Origin: Chloropicon primus
Taxonomy: Eukaryota
Length of the DNA: 64,000 bases
Assembly (NCBI GenBank): GCA_023205875.1
Contig: CP060767.1
Location: 186,001-250,000, forward strand
Reading direction: 5' to 3'
Part shown: positions 62,664 to 64,000 of the stretch, in pieces
Layout: the number at the start of each line of letters is the position of its first letter
Position numbering within the stretch: position 1 is the stretch's first letter
Translations under genes and position numbers: made by a program
The notes under the pieces: model-generated
The model's database searches: none
Told to the model about the DNA's origin: nothing
Seen by the model: only the letters and a program-made list of their open reading frames with translations

Positions 62664-64000
62664 TTACGGCCTTGATGATGATGATGATGACCCGGCGTTG
62701 AGCTTTTCGAGGACGTTCTCCAAGGCTATGCCCCACTGGGTCCAGTGCGTTCCCCCCTGGCAGAACACCGCGTAGGGCTCCCTCAGCGGCCCGTCGCAGG
62801 TCATCTCCCCGGTGCTGCCAGCCACGAAAGTGCCGTCCGCGAAGACGACTTGGTCGGCGTAGCCTGGCGTGTCCCCCGGCACGGGGTTGACGAACGAGTT
62901 CACCGGCGACGCCTCCTGGACCGCCTTGCAGAAGGAAAGGAGCTCCTCCTCGCTCCTCAGCTTCACTGCGGTCACGAAGTCTCTTCTCTCGGCTCGCCGC
63001 GGGGGTAGGACCTCGTAACCCAGCCGGTCCATGACGTGGGCAATCAGTCTGCTCCCCTTGAGACCCTCCCCCACCGCGTGCGGGGCCATGTAAAGGCCCT
63101 GGAGCAGGAGCCTGTTTGTGTCCCCGAGGTGGGCCCCGTTGTCGCTCCCGGCGCCGGGAACCGTCAGCCTGGCCACCGCTTTGGCGACGAGGTCCCCCCT
63201 CCCCGCGACGTAACCCCCGCAGGGCGCTATGGTCCCCCCCGGGGACTTGATCAAGCTGCCCATCATCAGATCCGCGCCGATTTCGGGGCTCACCGGCTCC
63301 CTCTCCTCGACGAACTCCCCGTAGCAGTTGTCCACCAGGACGAGGCACCCCGGCGGGGCCTTCCTGCGGACGAGGTCCACGAAGTCCTTGATCTCCCCGA
63401 GGCTGTAGGTGGGCCTGAACTTGTAGCCGCAGGACCTCTGGAGGAAGCACACCGAGGGCTTCTTGGACTCCAAGCTTGCTTCTATGGCTTCCCAGTCCAA
63501 GGTGCCGTCTTCCTTCAGGCCCACCGTCTCGTACCGAACCCCCCAGTCGACCAGGGTCCCGGCGTCGCAGGACCCCTTGCCGCCGACGACCTCCTCCAGG
63601 GTGTCGTACGGCGAGCCCGAGCAGGACAGGAGGACGCTCCCCGGCCTCAGCACCCCGTAGAGGCCGCAGGCTATGGCATGGGTCCCGCTGACAATGTTCG
63701 CCCTCACGACCGCTGCCTCGCACTCCCACACTTCCCGGAAGACCTCGTCCAAGACCGACCGCCCGACGTCCCCTATGCCGTACCCGCTGCTGGTGCTCTG
63801 CACGTGGTGGGACCCCACCCTGCACATCCGAAACGCCCTCAGCACTCTCCTCTGGTGCTCCGCGGTCCGAAGGTCCTCCGCGTGAAACTCCTGCTGCAGG
63901 GAGAGCGCCACGTCCCAGACGTCCAGACTGCTGCTGCTGCTGCCACGAGGAAGAGGACCAGAAGATGCTGGTGTCGATGAAGAGGAACAAACGGTTGCAG
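62664..64000 (-). CDS. YnbB/aluminium-resistance (methionine gamma-lyase-like) PLP-dependent enzyme, 5'-partial, probably plastid-targeted
   Basis: GYG..D.GR, IVSGTHAI, PYDTLEEVVG, QRSCGY..RP, VDNCYGEFVE, GSLIKSPGG (PLP lysine) and FVAGSTGEMTCDGPLREPY..QGG. The frame stays open through an S-rich segment to the window edge. Confidence 0.9.
   Translation of the reverse strand, partial: ATVCSSSSTPASSGPLPRGSSSSSLDVWDVALSLQQEFHAEDLRTAEHQRRVLRAFRMCRVGSHHVQSTSSGYGIGDVGRSVLDEVFREVWECEAAVVRANIVSGTHAIACGLYGVLRPGSVLLSCSGSPYDTLEEVVGGKGSCDAGTLVDWGVRYETVGLKEDGTLDWEAIEASLESKKPSVCFLQRSCGYKFRPTYSLGEIKDFVDLVRRKAPPGCLVLVDNCYGEFVEEREPVSPEIGADLMMGSLIKSPGGTIAPCGGYVAGRGDLVAKAVARLTVPGAGSDNGAHLGDTNRLLLQGLYMAPHAVGEGLKGSRLIAHVMDRLGYEVLPPRRAERRDFVTAVKLRSEEELLSFCKAVQEASPVNSFVNPVPGDTPGYADQVVFADGTFVAGSTGEMTCDGPLREPYAVFCQGGTHWTQWGIALENVLEKLNAGSSSSSSRP

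Overview
This is gene-dense eukaryotic nuclear DNA from a compact, GC-rich green-algal genome. It has plastid-targeted enzymes, short GT-AG introns with (GA)n/(GT)n tracts and very short intergenic gaps. The style, including RSQDPPCPW ankyrin-like repeats, suggests a picoplanktonic chlorophyte such as Chloropicon, but that is inference only. About 24 protein-coding genes can be supported: PP4R3/SMEK (5' part only), stearoyl-ACP desaturase, a BET/GTE bromodomain protein, NOC1/CEBPZ, a GT2 glycosyltransferase, IFT122, UBC13, H2A.Z, RtcA, an Sfp-type PPTase, an SLC6/NSS transporter, an HD hydrolase, SEC31, TFIIA-gamma, SVIP, VPS13, a filamin-repeat protein, a YnbB-type PLP enzyme and several unknowns. 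No rRNA, convincing tRNA, CRISPR array or transposase was found. Four things stand out. (1) Most long upstream regions contain nucleosome-length (161-186 bp) tandem duplications in different states of decay, and most carry an oriented ~26-bp motif (approximately CTCTTTCSAAAGACCCNTCRCTYGAA) on the strand of the downstream gene. (2) An F-box/ankyrin pseudogene and a deleted second copy share a 100% identical 103-bp leader, forming an inverted repeat around ~7.1 kb. (3) A secreted precursor contains two homologous modules separated by an RRLL site. (4) A secreted protein of apparently bacterial type sits between two CpG-poor tandem arrays. All family assignments come from motif recognition by eye; no searches were run.
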